Positions 18,326-29,000 of a stretch of 64,000 bases of DNA are shown here, one piece after another; within the stretch, counting starts at the first letter, position 1, and each line of letters opens with the position of its first letter. The position numbers were made by a program, and so were the translations under genes. The stretch spans positions 41,183 to 105,182 of the IMG/VR virus record IMGVR_UViG_3300010163_000010; one strand, written 5' to 3'. This stretch comes from a virus. Lineage: Duplodnaviria > Caudoviricetes. Below the pieces are notes generated by a model. That model worked only from the letters and a program-made list of their open reading frames with translations, was not told where the DNA came from and did not search any database.

Positions 18326-20344
18326 TTAGCCCACCGGAGTCTCGGTAGTCTCAACCGGTACCAGTACCAGCTGGCCAACCTGGGGATCGGTGACGTCGGA
18401 CAGGCTGTTCACAATCAGAGGCACACGCAGTGCCAGCTCGTTGAACGTAGTCTGATCGACGTAAGTGCTGTCCAGCTCGGCCAGCGTCTTGCCGCCAACA
18501 CTGGTAGCATCACCGGCGATATTCACATGCAGCTTTTCGTCGTCGGCAATCTTGACGATCTTGCCAGCCACGTCGGTGTTGCTGTCGCTGGGAATGCCGT
18601 CATCGGTCAGCAGGTCGCCGCCGATAGCATCAGTGATACCGTAGCCAGCCAGAGTAGTCGGAGTATTGTCGATGCTGCTCCAGTCGACGTATTTGCCGGT
18701 CTTCAGGTATACGGTTGCATACTCGGTAACGGCGCCGTCGGGAGTGTCAGGATCAGTCTTGGTAACAATCCATACACCATGGACCTGGCCGGCATTAGCA
18801 GGATCATACTCGATGACCACATCACCCGGGTTGACCATGGTGTTCGTAACCCAGGTAGAGGGAGCATCGGTAGTCTCCTTGGTAACAGCCTTGGTGATAT
18901 CGGAGGAGAGGTTGTCCTTGGAGATGATGCCCTTCAGCTTGCTGACATCAAGCTCCGTGATGCCGCTGCCGCCCTTGAGCGCAGCAATGTCACCCAGAAC
19001 CGTATCGGCTGTATCGGCATCGCCCAGAGTAGTCTGAATATTGGTGACCTTCTCAACCAGGCCGGCAACCGCTGCGGTGCCTGTATCAGGATCAGCCGGC
19101 TTGCCGTTCAGAATCTGGTCGATCGCGGTCTTGTGCTCATCAAACGTGGTGCTGTCGACGGCATCGGTAATACCATAGCCGACCAGAGTAGTGGGCTTAT
19201 TGGTAACGCCGGACCACGCAACAGCGGAGGCCTCGCCGGCGGTATAGGGCAGGTACGCATCTTTCCAGTCGGAGGTACCAAGCTTGGTCTCGTCGACCAC
19301 ATAGTACATCATACCGGCCTTGGTGATATTGCCCTCGCCGTCGGTCTCATCAGCGATCTTAACAGTATCACCCTTCTGTACCTGAGTAGTGGTCAGGCCA
19401 GCCAGATCGGCCTCAGATGTGATGACATGCATCTCAGACAGGGCCGCCTTGGGCACAACGGCCACGTCAAGGATGCCGGTCTTGATCCAGGAGGCGTCAG
19501 AATTCTTCAGGTCGTTCTGGAGGGTGGCGATATCCTTCTTGATAGTGCCGTCTGTGTCGGCATCGCCGATAGTGTCATTGATAGCATCGATATCAGTCTT
19601 CAGCGCCAGGTCAGCCAGCTTCTTGCCGCCGACAGAGCCAGCGTCGCCGGTGATATCGAAGTCCAGTTTGCCGTCGGCATTGGTCTGGGTAATCTTACCA
19701 GCCGCAGTCCAGTCCTCGGCGTCGCCGGCATTCTTGGCACCATGATCAACGATGGAGGCGGAGCCAACCGCATCGGTGATGCCATAACCGGCCAGAGTAG
19801 TCGGAGTATTGACGATACGATCCCACTTAACGTCAGAGGCAGCATCAGTCAGCGCGGCAAACTCCACTGTGGGAGGGTCACCCTCGGCAGCACCGGCAGT
19901 GACATTCTTGACCACATGGGTGGATACGACATTGCCCTCGCTGTCTTTGATCTGAACGATGTCGCCGATGTGCACGGAGGCCTTGTCCACAGCATCCAGA
20001 GAGGCAGCATCGACCACCTTACCGCCCACATCGTCAGGCAGGTTGCTGCGATCGATTACGCCGGTGATCTTGGACGCCTCAACCTCGGTAACACCGGAGC
20101 CGTCCTCCAGCTTCGGCAGAACCTCATGGTCGATTGTGGCAACGCGGTTGATGAGGGAAATCAGCAGATCGGAGACGTTATCGCCGGCCTCAAGAACGGT
20201 ACCGAAGCCGAACGGTTTGGTCTCGAGCTTTTCGATAGTGGAGGCTTTGCCCAGGCCCACGATGTCCGCAGACGTGCCGAGATAGATAGAGTCCCAATCG
20301 GTGCCATTGAATCGCCGAATCGTAGATTTCAGAATAGTAGCCAT
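18326..20344 (-). CDS. Tail fiber protein
   Basis: Three W..(I/V).N.PTTL.GYGITDA repeats typical of phage tail fibers; duplicated GITELDVSK/GVTEVEASK and I.GDA.SVGGK modules. Confidence 0.85.
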   Translation of the reverse strand: MATILKSTIRRFNGTDWDSIYLGTSADIVGLGKASTIEKLETKPFGFGTVLEAGDNVSDLLISLINRVATIDHEVLPKLEDGSGVTEVEASKITGVIDRSNLPDDVGGKVVDAASLDAVDKASVHIGDIVQIKDSEGNVVSTHVVKNVTAGAAEGDPPTVEFAALTDAASDVKWDRIVNTPTTLAGYGITDAVGSASIVDHGAKNAGDAEDWTAAGKITQTNADGKLDFDITGDAGSVGGKKLADLALKTDIDAINDTIGDADTDGTIKKDIATLQNDLKNSDASWIKTGILDVAVVPKAALSEMHVITSEADLAGLTTTQVQKGDTVKIADETDGEGNITKAGMMYYVVDETKLGTSDWKDAYLPYTAGEASAVAWSGVTNKPTTLVGYGITDAVDSTTFDEHKTAIDQILNGKPADPDTGTAAVAGLVEKVTNIQTTLGDADTADTVLGDIAALKGGSGITELDVSKLKGIISKDNLSSDITKAVTKETTDAPSTWVTNTMVNPGDVVIEYDPANAGQVHGVWIVTKTDPDTPDGAVTEYATVYLKTGKYVDWSSIDNTPTTLAGYGITDAIGGDLLTDDGIPSDSNTDVAGKIVKIADDEKLHVNIAGDATSVGGKTLAELDSTYVDQTTFNELALRVPLIVNSLSDVTDPQVGQLVLVPVETTETPVG

Positions 20345-20373
20345 AATTTTAAGTCACTCCTTTATCAAATAGA

Positions 20374-21684
20374 TTAGGGGCTTGATTGCTCTTGCTTGAG
20401 TATGATAAACTGAATCTTATCACCAGAATTCAGCACGATGTTATTCTTGAGTATCACATCGTTATTGCTAACGGTGTAATCGATACTCGGACGCAGCATC
20501 GTCTGACCATAGTTGACGATAATCTTATCGATACCACCATTGAACCCAGTGATATTCGAAATCTCAGTAACGTTATCATCGATAATCTCCATATTCTGGA
20601 CAATCGAGATGATATTGCCGGGCTTCTTATCCAACCGGTCAATCAACGGATCATACTTGTTTTCGATCGCCGTGACCGCCGTATTAACGGCATTATCGGT
20701 GTAAGATTTAAGCGCAGCCTCAAGATCATCGGCATTGTTTTGAATCTTCTCATCGATATAGTCACGAAGTTCTATGATTTCACGAGTTGCCTCTTCACGG
20801 AACATTCTCAGGCGTTCAGACAGCATAGAAACCGTTGTTTGCAGGGCCGAATCCGTGGATCGCAGTAGTACCCAATTGCTGTTCTGTTTGTCATATACAA
20901 GCATTATAATGTTGTTTGGGGCTATTGTGATGGCCAGGGGCTCGCCACTTGTATCGACAATGGGCATATATTCTCCATTATTGTATGAGAGTTTTGCCCC
21001 GGGAAACAGCGGATTGGTTACTCGTACGGTGATGACAGAAAGATCAGGAAGATCTCCGGTGTAGGGTTTGTGCCGAATATCAGCCATCAGCCCGCCATTG
21101 ATTGTCTCGGCAAAGATGCCGTGTCCGCTGATGTCTGCCCAACCTTCAAACATTTGCTTAATATAGTTGTATCTGCCTTCATAAGCAGCACATGCGTTGT
21201 TGTCATAATAACGGATAAATACATGGCCTTCATCGGACTTATATGCGACACATATGCCGTTATCTGACGGCCAGTTCAGTTGCTCATAGTTCTCATATGT
21301 AACTGGGGCAAATAGTATGGCCGGATGATGCATTTGCCGAAGTACCGTGTCGGGTGTAAAGTTTATTCCAACATCATCGAGTTGTGTTAATCGACTGTAG
21401 ATAGTTACGCCATCGACAGTATCGGCATTGAGAATATCCTTACTGTAGTTATACTTATTGAGTATGGGTTGAAGATATTTGAGGCTGTTCGGTGAAAACA
21501 GCTCTCCTGTATGGGGATTACGTATAACAAGTGTGCCGTCCTTGTAGTTGATTCCAAGCTCTCCTGGAGCGAGTTTCTGTCCATCAGCCTCGCTCATCAC
21601 CTCCGGCAATATGATCCGAAAGATATCAGATAAGAGTTGGCACTGCCACGCAGACAGCGTGGTATTAACAGGATCACGCGTCAT
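20374..21684 (-). CDS. Tail fiber-associated protein
   Basis: LAPGELGINYKDG N-terminal motif, coiled coil and a C-terminal VNYGQT module; start set at ATG 21684 after the promoter and GGAGGT RBS. Confidence 0.65.
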   Translation of the reverse strand: MTRDPVNTTLSAWQCQLLSDIFRIILPEVMSEADGQKLAPGELGINYKDGTLVIRNPHTGELFSPNSLKYLQPILNKYNYSKDILNADTVDGVTIYSRLTQLDDVGINFTPDTVLRQMHHPAILFAPVTYENYEQLNWPSDNGICVAYKSDEGHVFIRYYDNNACAAYEGRYNYIKQMFEGWADISGHGIFAETINGGLMADIRHKPYTGDLPDLSVITVRVTNPLFPGAKLSYNNGEYMPIVDTSGEPLAITIAPNNIIMLVYDKQNSNWVLLRSTDSALQTTVSMLSERLRMFREEATREIIELRDYIDEKIQNNADDLEAALKSYTDNAVNTAVTAIENKYDPLIDRLDKKPGNIISIVQNMEIIDDNVTEISNITGFNGGIDKIIVNYGQTMLRPSIDYTVSNNDVILKNNIVLNSGDKIQFIILKQEQSSP

Positions 21685-21704
21685 AACAGCTCTTACCTCC
21701 TTTT

Positions 21705-21716
21705 TATAAGGTTGTT
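21705..21716 (-). promoter_or_regulatory. Late-type promoter AACA-ACCT-TATA
   Basis: Matches RACA-N4-TATA. Confidence 0.75.
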
Positions 21717-21729
21717 TCGACATAATAGA

Positions 21730-21753
21730 AGGGGAGGGAATCGTCCCTCCCCA
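21730..21753 (-). terminator. Rho-independent terminator
   Basis: GGGGAGGGA/TCCCTCCCC stem. Confidence 0.7.
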
Positions 21754-21756
21754 AGT

Positions 21757-24700
21757 CTATTCGTCTTCGTAGTTTGCGTCAATAGCGTACGGTGCATTCC
21801 CGTGATGAATGAGTCCAGGAATGACAACCTTAGCGTCTCGTTCGTTTATGCCGACAAGATCGGTATCGGCAATATCATGGAACTTACGCTTGAAATCCTT
21901 GACCCATTCTTCAGCTTCATGCTTGTTCTGCTCAAGGTAATCAAGCATTGCTTTCAATCTGCCGTTGAAGATATACTCTTCTAGCAGAACGTCATAGTAA
22001 CCACGCATGGTATACTCTGTGATATGAATGGGTATCATTCGTGCATAGTTTCGATTCGGCCGCTGGATACTCTCGGATGTATCAGGTTCATTCCAGTATG
22101 CGATGCAAGCTTTCTTAGCCTTGCTCAGCCATTCATCTTTCTTGCTGTAGAAGATATCAACGCAGCGAATGATTTCTTTGAAATCAAGCAGCAGAATCTT
22201 TCCGGCTGTAATTTCCTGGTATTTATCCCTGGATACATAGTGACCATTGACGAACAGCATCATCCGATTCTGAATGAAAGCTACTTCTCTGAGACTGTAG
22301 TCTATGACCATTCGATATGCGGATTCACGTTCACGCACATCAGTGTCAGGAGATTCATAATCGATATGAAGCCTCCCGATATTGCTTGAGAACATTACAG
22401 AGAAATCGGTGGTGTCTATCAATGCCGTAGAGATCACATGAGAACGTCCTGTATACAGACGCTCGAGTCTTAGGTCAAATCGATCAGGCCCGGTGACCAG
22501 ACGTTTGTAAAAGACATTTACGTTCTCCTGTTTGATTGCCCCGGAGTTCAAGAGGTCCGCAACAATGCTGATGTATCGAATACCGAGTTTCCCTCTGAAG
22601 TTCATTACAACATCGTCGAACAGGAATGCTGTAACGTTATCATGATCGAACTGAACGTGTATGAGTCGCTCATTGACTCGGATAATGATAGATTCTGTAT
22701 CAGAGTAGCAAATCTTATCATCGATGTCATCCAGGAACTCAAACCACACATCATTCTCTTCAGGGGCCTCTGCATCGAAACTTTCTCCCATGTGAATCTT
22801 GTGCAGCTTATTGTCTGTTCGCGGCTTAAACAGTTCAACATCGCTCGCGGTTCCATGAGCTCCATAGTCGAATACTACTGTAGCATTTTTGCCATCAAAG
22901 AATCCTTTGGGCATATAATAGTAAGCTTCTGTCAGCGGGTGACTGATGATCTCCTGGATGTAGTCAGGCAAGGTCAGTGCTGGGATATCAATCCACAAAT
23001 CTCCTACATTCATCGGGTCGGGTTCAAACTCGGAGTAAATGTATGTGAGATTGTGTTTCTCCGCACGACTGATGAGGACATTGCTGGCATTCTCTGGCAC
23101 AGCTAACCAGTAGTCACCGATGTCAACATCGAACGGTTCGTCATCAGACATGATATACTTGATCGGTTTGGATCTCTTAGTGGGATCAGTGGATCCTTGC
23201 CGCATTTCGGTATTTTTATTGTAGATGTAGGCTGTGAGAAGTACTTTATAGACAGCCATATTCAGGCTCTGCTCGTTCATCTGATCAAGATAGTTGTTCC
23301 ACAGATCTACAACTTGCCTGCGATACATGGAATCAGGATCATCAATGTAGCTGGTAATCAGCTCTTTCTTTTGTTTGACCGTTAGAGCTGCGATCTCCGC
23401 TCCGGTAATGGTGATGCCAGTCTCTTCATCCATATAGGAGATATTGCTAAGAGAGTATTCTTCCTCGACATCAACTCGATCAATACCATCGAGAAGTTCA
23501 TTGATAACATCATCCATATCCGGATTATCTTCGCCGGTATCTGCGATAATATCTCCAACGGCAGGATCGGCTGACATGGGTCCGCTATGGACTTCGTACT
23601 CATCGATAACCTCTGTAGTATCCATCTCTGGATTTTCAATGGCCGAATCATTCATCTGTGGATTATCAGGCAGTTTGCCATAATCGATCTGGTGATAAAC
23701 TTTAACAGCCGGATCATCCACTCCATCTCCAGACTGAATGACCAGATACTTCTGATGATGCTTGCTGAGTTTGTAGTATGTGAACAGCAGGTCTGTATAT
23801 CTTTCCGGACCTTCATCGGGTTTTAAACCAAGAGAGTACATACCTTCTTTGAGATCTTCGGGAAGATTATACGGGTCAAGACCAAATGACTCGATAACTT
23901 CGATCGTGTCCTGATTGAATACTTCAGGGACAACGTTGACCAGTAACTCGTACCACATATTCGTATCGTGTTCATTCGGAGGAGCGGTTGATACACGTAC
24001 GAATTGATCTTCATTGTAATCATATACCTTACCACGAAGAATCAAAAGATTTCGATAGAATCGATTCATCTTAATATGGAGTCTGGCCAAGTTCTCTTCA
24101 TCGATATATTCACCGAGGTTTGTGATCTGTGTATCTTGTTCAGCGTTGAATTTGATCAGAGTCAGTCCATCGATGTCAATCTCCGGGTCGAGTATTACAT
24201 ACCGGAGAATCCCGATCTTATCCTCAATGTATTCAGTATGCTTATCAAATAGCCTCATGACTTCATAGTCGCTGTAGATCATTCCATTATAGAAGAGTAT
24301 GTCTCTATGTGACTCAAACGGTACGAGACTGACAATACCATAGACTGCGTTTCCATCGATTCTGTAGATGTTTGTCTTAATGAATGTAGGTTTACCAAAG
24401 ATATGGTTATCACACATCAGAAAGTCTGATTGTTCATTGCAGAAGAACGGGAATTTTTCCCAAGCTCTATAGCAGTATGCGGCTATACGACTGAACTTAT
24501 CCAGAATAGTCACATCATCATCTGCAGCACGGATTTCTTCATCGATCGGTTTCAGATTGTTTAAATATTCGTTGTCTGTATTGTATGGATCTTCAATGTA
24601 ATCAAATTCCGGATATGTGACTAGTCGAGATACTTCGGGCATTGGGACATAGGAACTATCATCGGTGAATACACGAACGATGCAATCCTTATCCGCAGTA

Positions 24701-25422
24701 ATGCACGGATAGAACATTGTATTCACATTGATATCATCGGCTCCATTGTTTATTATCATTCTGTGATAACAGTATTTACTGTACATGGAATCAATATATG
24801 TTCCAACGCCAGCTTTGATCTCAAAGATACCCAGTAATGAACCACTGAAGATTAAATCTATCGATCGTTTATAGGTGCAGCTGAATTCCAGTGTGTCTGC
24901 ATCGATCCGTTTTACCTCGGGGATCTTAAGTACCCCATCGGCAATATAGTAAGCGGAATGTTCCGGGTGCGACATATCACAGTACGGATGCGCTCTAAGG
25001 TTTATCCGTTCAATGTGAGTATGCGTTGTGCCGGCAGTTTCTGCGTCTGGATCAACAGCACTGTATCTCTTAGCGATATTGTCGATAAAGATCAGTTTGA
25101 CATCTTGTGTTTCGAAGTACTGCTTGGGCAAAATGCCGTACAGATGCACCCAGCCTTCGATCCAGGTGATATCTTCCGGGTTGACATACTCGTCATCTAC
25201 CCAGACCTCGAAGAGCCCTTTATCGCCGATATCAGTCATAAAGTGCGGATTAAGATATCCAATACGATCGATATCATTGTAAAGAACCTTGCAGTGCTTT
25301 ATTTTGCGTTCTTTGATTACATTCCAGGTAGAGCGAATACGATAATCTTCCGTAGAGAGGAGACCCATCTCACTGAGCGTATTGTAGAACTCGCTGTTTC
25401 GTTTTATCTCAGAGATAATCAC
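21757..25422 (-). CDS. Large acidic virion structural protein (tail/baseplate block)
   Basis: 1221 aa; repeated EP....GD.W. motifs seen in tail proteins; lies in the late minus-strand block. Confidence 0.6.
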   Translation of the reverse strand: MIISEIKRNSEFYNTLSEMGLLSTEDYRIRSTWNVIKERKIKHCKVLYNDIDRIGYLNPHFMTDIGDKGLFEVWVDDEYVNPEDITWIEGWVHLYGILPKQYFETQDVKLIFIDNIAKRYSAVDPDAETAGTTHTHIERINLRAHPYCDMSHPEHSAYYIADGVLKIPEVKRIDADTLEFSCTYKRSIDLIFSGSLLGIFEIKAGVGTYIDSMYSKYCYHRMIINNGADDINVNTMFYPCITADKDCIVRVFTDDSSYVPMPEVSRLVTYPEFDYIEDPYNTDNEYLNNLKPIDEEIRAADDDVTILDKFSRIAAYCYRAWEKFPFFCNEQSDFLMCDNHIFGKPTFIKTNIYRIDGNAVYGIVSLVPFESHRDILFYNGMIYSDYEVMRLFDKHTEYIEDKIGILRYVILDPEIDIDGLTLIKFNAEQDTQITNLGEYIDEENLARLHIKMNRFYRNLLILRGKVYDYNEDQFVRVSTAPPNEHDTNMWYELLVNVVPEVFNQDTIEVIESFGLDPYNLPEDLKEGMYSLGLKPDEGPERYTDLLFTYYKLSKHHQKYLVIQSGDGVDDPAVKVYHQIDYGKLPDNPQMNDSAIENPEMDTTEVIDEYEVHSGPMSADPAVGDIIADTGEDNPDMDDVINELLDGIDRVDVEEEYSLSNISYMDEETGITITGAEIAALTVKQKKELITSYIDDPDSMYRRQVVDLWNNYLDQMNEQSLNMAVYKVLLTAYIYNKNTEMRQGSTDPTKRSKPIKYIMSDDEPFDVDIGDYWLAVPENASNVLISRAEKHNLTYIYSEFEPDPMNVGDLWIDIPALTLPDYIQEIISHPLTEAYYYMPKGFFDGKNATVVFDYGAHGTASDVELFKPRTDNKLHKIHMGESFDAEAPEENDVWFEFLDDIDDKICYSDTESIIIRVNERLIHVQFDHDNVTAFLFDDVVMNFRGKLGIRYISIVADLLNSGAIKQENVNVFYKRLVTGPDRFDLRLERLYTGRSHVISTALIDTTDFSVMFSSNIGRLHIDYESPDTDVRERESAYRMVIDYSLREVAFIQNRMMLFVNGHYVSRDKYQEITAGKILLLDFKEIIRCVDIFYSKKDEWLSKAKKACIAYWNEPDTSESIQRPNRNYARMIPIHITEYTMRGYYDVLLEEYIFNGRLKAMLDYLEQNKHEAEEWVKDFKRKFHDIADTDLVGINERDAKVVIPGLIHHGNAPYAIDANYEDE

Positions 25423-25452
25423 TGACAGTTCATCTCCTTTCTTAAAAAGTAA

Positions 25453-25478
25453 GTGGGAGGGAGCAGCCTCCCTCCCAC
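25453..25478 (-). terminator. Rho-independent terminator
   Basis: GTGGGAGGGAG/CTCCCTCCCAC stem with T run on the - strand. Confidence 0.8.
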
Positions 25479-25484
25479 CGTAAT

Positions 25485-26549
25485 TCAGGACAACATCAGC
25501 TGCATGCGCTTATACATGTCGGCGCCTTTATTCTTCTCCATAACAGGCTCAAGAGCCATACGGGAAATCAGAGGTGACTCAAAGAGCACCATGCAAATCG
25601 TATACAGATGATACCCGGGATAGTCTATTCCCATGGTAGTAGCCGGGCCGTACAGCCTGATCCACTTATCATAGACGATGCCATCGTCAAGACCCCTCAT
25701 AGAGGGGTACATGTTTTTCAGTTCGGTGATGAATAACGACATCCGGTCAAAGCTGTCCAGATGGAACTGGGCATCCATACCCTCGGTGATCATCTTGGAC
25801 AACTTCGGGAAGTATGTATTCTTGAACCGCTGCAGGAACATTTTCTGGCCAACATCGGTTCCGTACATCTGAATCAGCTCGAACTCTGAGGCTAAGTATC
25901 GAACCTTATCCTTCATGATCGGATCCATGTGTGCAACGCTGTTGATGGCCCGCTCGAGCATATTCGCATAAACCAGAACCATACCATCACCGAAGTCAGC
26001 CGGAACCTGAGAGCTGCTGCGTGTAATTACTAGAGCCAATGCTGCGGCGAATATAACTGCCATAATGGCATTGTAATTTCGGGCAAGAGGAACCTGGTAT
26101 TTGCCGTATTGATCCAGGATAAAGAAGTCAGAGACGTTTACAAATACCCGGGCACTGGAACCGCTTCCTTGGATAATATAAGGAATGCAGGTCGGAAGTT
26201 TGTATGTCTCGCTGTATACCGGGATGATGCTCCCATTGAGGATAAGCTCCTTGAGCTGCTTTTTGCAGGAGATCTTGTACCTGGGACCCTCGAAGAGTTC
26301 GTACATAACCGTTGGGTCAAGCTGAGACAATTCGATCTGCATGAATCCCTGATCAGGCAAGACCATGAGCGGAATTACATCGATCAGCCTCCGACCGTTG
26401 ATCATGGTATTTTTGTTGGCGTATTCGAAGACCTCTGACTCGCCAAGCCGGTAGAAGATTCGGCGTTCGGCGACGGATTCGCCAAGCATAAAGGCCTCTT
26501 CTGTATCCGGATATGTTATGGAAGGCAGGAAAGTGGTACCCTTGATCAT
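25485..26549 (-). CDS. Conserved hypothetical (probably virion) protein
   Basis: AAGGAG RBS before ATG 26549; late promoter at 26581-26592. Confidence 0.7.
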   Translation of the reverse strand: MIKGTTFLPSITYPDTEEAFMLGESVAERRIFYRLGESEVFEYANKNTMINGRRLIDVIPLMVLPDQGFMQIELSQLDPTVMYELFEGPRYKISCKKQLKELILNGSIIPVYSETYKLPTCIPYIIQGSGSSARVFVNVSDFFILDQYGKYQVPLARNYNAIMAVIFAAALALVITRSSSQVPADFGDGMVLVYANMLERAINSVAHMDPIMKDKVRYLASEFELIQMYGTDVGQKMFLQRFKNTYFPKLSKMITEGMDAQFHLDSFDRMSLFITELKNMYPSMRGLDDGIVYDKWIRLYGPATTMGIDYPGYHLYTICMVLFESPLISRMALEPVMEKNKGADMYKRMQLMLS

Positions 26550-26580
26550 TCTGATTCTCCTTTCCATTCTCATATTGATC

Positions 26581-26592
26581 TATAGACATGTT
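26581..26592 (-). promoter_or_regulatory. Late-type promoter AACA-TGTC-TATA
   Basis: Matches RACA-N4-TATA. Confidence 0.7.
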
Positions 26593-26658
26593 TCGGGATA
26601 TTAATTTATGATATTACGAGAGACATTTGGATATAGGAATGCGAGGTGATTACTCTCC

Positions 26659-27369
26659 ATGGCTACGGATAATAAGAATAAGGTATACATAAACAAGGAC
26701 GGCAAAAAGGTCTTGCGGGTGACTGAGGTCATTCAGTCTCTGGCCAAAGATCAGATTCCGTACTGGGCGAATATGCTTGGGTTCAAGCATATCGACTACA
26801 AGAAGGAGCTTGAACGCTGCGGTAACGTTGGGACTATGGTCCACGTTATGATCGAAAAGTTCATGAAGTCTGGTGAGCTTCCGGCTGATATGGATTACAA
26901 CCACTATGGGGTTCGTGACGGCAAGTCTCGGCATGAGGTGGACAATGCCCTTCAGTCGTTTCTTTCCTGGTACGAGGATAACAGCGGCTGGTATCGCGTG
27001 AAGTTTAGCGAGAAGCAGATCATCGGTCAGAAGATGGGCGGTACGATTGACTGTGGGATACATGGAATCATCGACCCTAAGAAGGTAATCTTTGTGGACT
27101 ATAAGACCAGTCCTGATTATTACCTCACACAGTTTCTTCAGTTGAGTGGCTACGTCAGAATCTTTGAGGAGCTCTATGGGCCTGATAAGGTTGAAGGTGT
27201 TATGGTCATATTGGCTGACAAGAAGGAAGGCAAGAAAGCCAGAGCCAAGATCATACCTCGGGAAAAGCTGGATATGCTGATGATCTGCTTTGACTGCCTG
27301 TATAATACCGCACTGACCACCAAGATGCTCAATAAGACTTGGAAGAAGCTTTCGGAGGATATCAAATAA
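26659..27369 (+). CDS. PD-(D/E)xK exonuclease (RecB/Cas4-like superfamily)
   Basis: RVTEVI, GTMVH, E...GGTIDC, DYKTS, QLSGY motifs. Confidence 0.8.
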   Translation: MATDNKNKVYINKDGKKVLRVTEVIQSLAKDQIPYWANMLGFKHIDYKKELERCGNVGTMVHVMIEKFMKSGELPADMDYNHYGVRDGKSRHEVDNALQSFLSWYEDNSGWYRVKFSEKQIIGQKMGGTIDCGIHGIIDPKKVIFVDYKTSPDYYLTQFLQLSGYVRIFEELYGPDKVEGVMVILADKKEGKKARAKIIPREKLDMLMICFDCLYNTALTTKMLNKTWKKLSEDIK

Positions 27370-28037
27370 TGGAATACGCAATAGGGCCGTTGGCTAAAAA
27401 GCCTTTTGAGATTATCGGGAGAATCCGGCTTCCTATGATCTCGTGGAATCCTGTGCCCGCAGGAGATACGAACAAGATGATCATCTCGGAACAGGCGCAT
27501 GACATCTTTTACGGTGAGTTGTCCGCGTCTAAGATTCCGCAGATTATCCCTAATGAGTCCGCGTTTTATCTGGAGCTCTATAACGGGCTCAAGCCTGGGG
27601 AGGGCGCGGTTATCTCCAGTAAGATTCTGTTGGTTACTTCGGTAGAATCATACAAGGTGATTCCCACTGATCCTGATAATCCGATGATAAACCTGACGTT
27701 CAGGTATAAGGTTATTGAGATGAATTCAAAATCCACGGATATACCAGTTGTGGAATCTGTTATCTCACATATTATCATCCCTACGGACACTACTTGTGTT
27801 CTGTTCATCGAGGGGGATAAGATACCTAACGCAAAACTTGCTCGGGCATTTAATGTTTTCAGGCATGGCGATAAGATCTATCACGCTAAGCGCAGTATGC
27901 ACGTCGTCAATAGTGCATCGGATGTACTTAACTGTACCGTTGTGGTTGGTTCTACTGATGAGTTGGCAGATAGTGCCGATCTTCCGTCGGATGATTGGCT
28001 CTATTATATTGCACAAAAGTTATATGGCGGAGTATGA
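27369..28037 (+). CDS. Hypothetical protein
   Basis: ATG overlaps the upstream TAA (TAATG). Confidence 0.7.
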   Translation: MEYAIGPLAKKPFEIIGRIRLPMISWNPVPAGDTNKMIISEQAHDIFYGELSASKIPQIIPNESAFYLELYNGLKPGEGAVISSKILLVTSVESYKVIPTDPDNPMINLTFRYKVIEMNSKSTDIPVVESVISHIIIPTDTTCVLFIEGDKIPNAKLARAFNVFRHGDKIYHAKRSMHVVNSASDVLNCTVVVGSTDELADSADLPSDDWLYYIAQKLYGGV

Positions 28038-28049
28038 GGAGGTACACCA

Positions 28050-29000
28050 ATGAGTTATGCTGATAGGGCGTTCGTTTATATCTGCAAGAAGATTCTCGAA
28101 CACGGCATCAGTGATGAGAATTTTGAAGTGAGACCGAAGTGGGCCGATGGAACTCCGGCTCACACTCTTTACACCTGCAACGTCGTCACGAACTATGATC
28201 TGAGCGGCGGTATTCCGGTGATGACGTTGCGTAAGCAGAATTACAAGAATGCCATCGACGAGATTCTGTGGATCTACCAGAAGAAGTCCAATGACGTTAG
28301 CCGGCTGCATTCGCACATTTGGGATTCCTGGGCTGACGAAAATGGGACCATTGGCAAGGCGTATGGCTATCAGATTCGTCAGCGGTATCGGGTCGCGAAA
28401 TATCCCTCTAAGCATTTCATGAACCTTAGCGATGATCTTCTGGATATGTATCCTTCCTTGCAGCTGCGTAAGGATAGCTGGGCGTGGATGGACCAGATGG
28501 ATGCGGTGCTGTGGATGCTTAAGAACGACCCCATGAACCGAGCAATCATCACTAATGTCTACAACCATGCTGATTTGGCTGATATGAACCTGAGGCCCTG
28601 TGCGTACAGTATGACCTACACCGTTACGCAAGATAGTCAGGGCCAGCTGCACCTTAACGGGCTCCTCAATCAGCGGTCCCAGGATATGCTCACAGCTAAT
28701 AACTGGAATGTGCTGCAGTATTCGGTTTTGATACATATGATTGCCCAGTGCTGCGGCATGATACCTGGAACACTTACGCATATTATCGCAAATGCCCATA
28801 TCTATGACCGGCACATTCCTATCGTTGAAGACCTTATTAAACAGTATGAGGCGGATATAGTCACTAACCGCCAAATCACAAATCCCAAATTCTGGATGAA
28901 TCCCGACATCAAGAACTTCTACAAATTCACCTTGGATGATTTTAGGCTAGAAGACTACACGTATCATAATTTTGATAGTCGGTTTGAGGTTGCGGTATGA
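28050..29000 (+). CDS. thyA: Thymidylate synthase
   Basis: EILWI, IWDSW, AYGYQ, LRPC (catalytic Cys), NQRSQD, WN (dUMP-specifying Asn), HIYDRH. Confidence 0.95.
   Translation: MSYADRAFVYICKKILEHGISDENFEVRPKWADGTPAHTLYTCNVVTNYDLSGGIPVMTLRKQNYKNAIDEILWIYQKKSNDVSRLHSHIWDSWADENGTIGKAYGYQIRQRYRVAKYPSKHFMNLSDDLLDMYPSLQLRKDSWAWMDQMDAVLWMLKNDPMNRAIITNVYNHADLADMNLRPCAYSMTYTVTQDSQGQLHLNGLLNQRSQDMLTANNWNVLQYSVLIHMIAQCCGMIPGTLTHIIANAHIYDRHIPIVEDLIKQYEADIVTNRQITNPKFWMNPDIKNFYKFTLDDFRLEDYTYHNFDSRFEVAV

Noticed and set aside
19233-19242. Extra CGCCGGCG palindromes (also 10922-10929)
   Set aside because: Inside coding sequence with no CGGAACCCAC arm ~90 bp away; a lone 8-mer is expected by chance
18317-20377. 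686-aa + strand ORF
   Set aside because: Antisense shadow of the tail fiber gene caused by its strong codon bias; no RBS or recognisable motifs
26659-27369. Cas4-like nuclease as a sign of a CRISPR system
   Set aside because: No repeat-spacer array or other cas genes seen, and the Cas4 four-Cys cluster is absent
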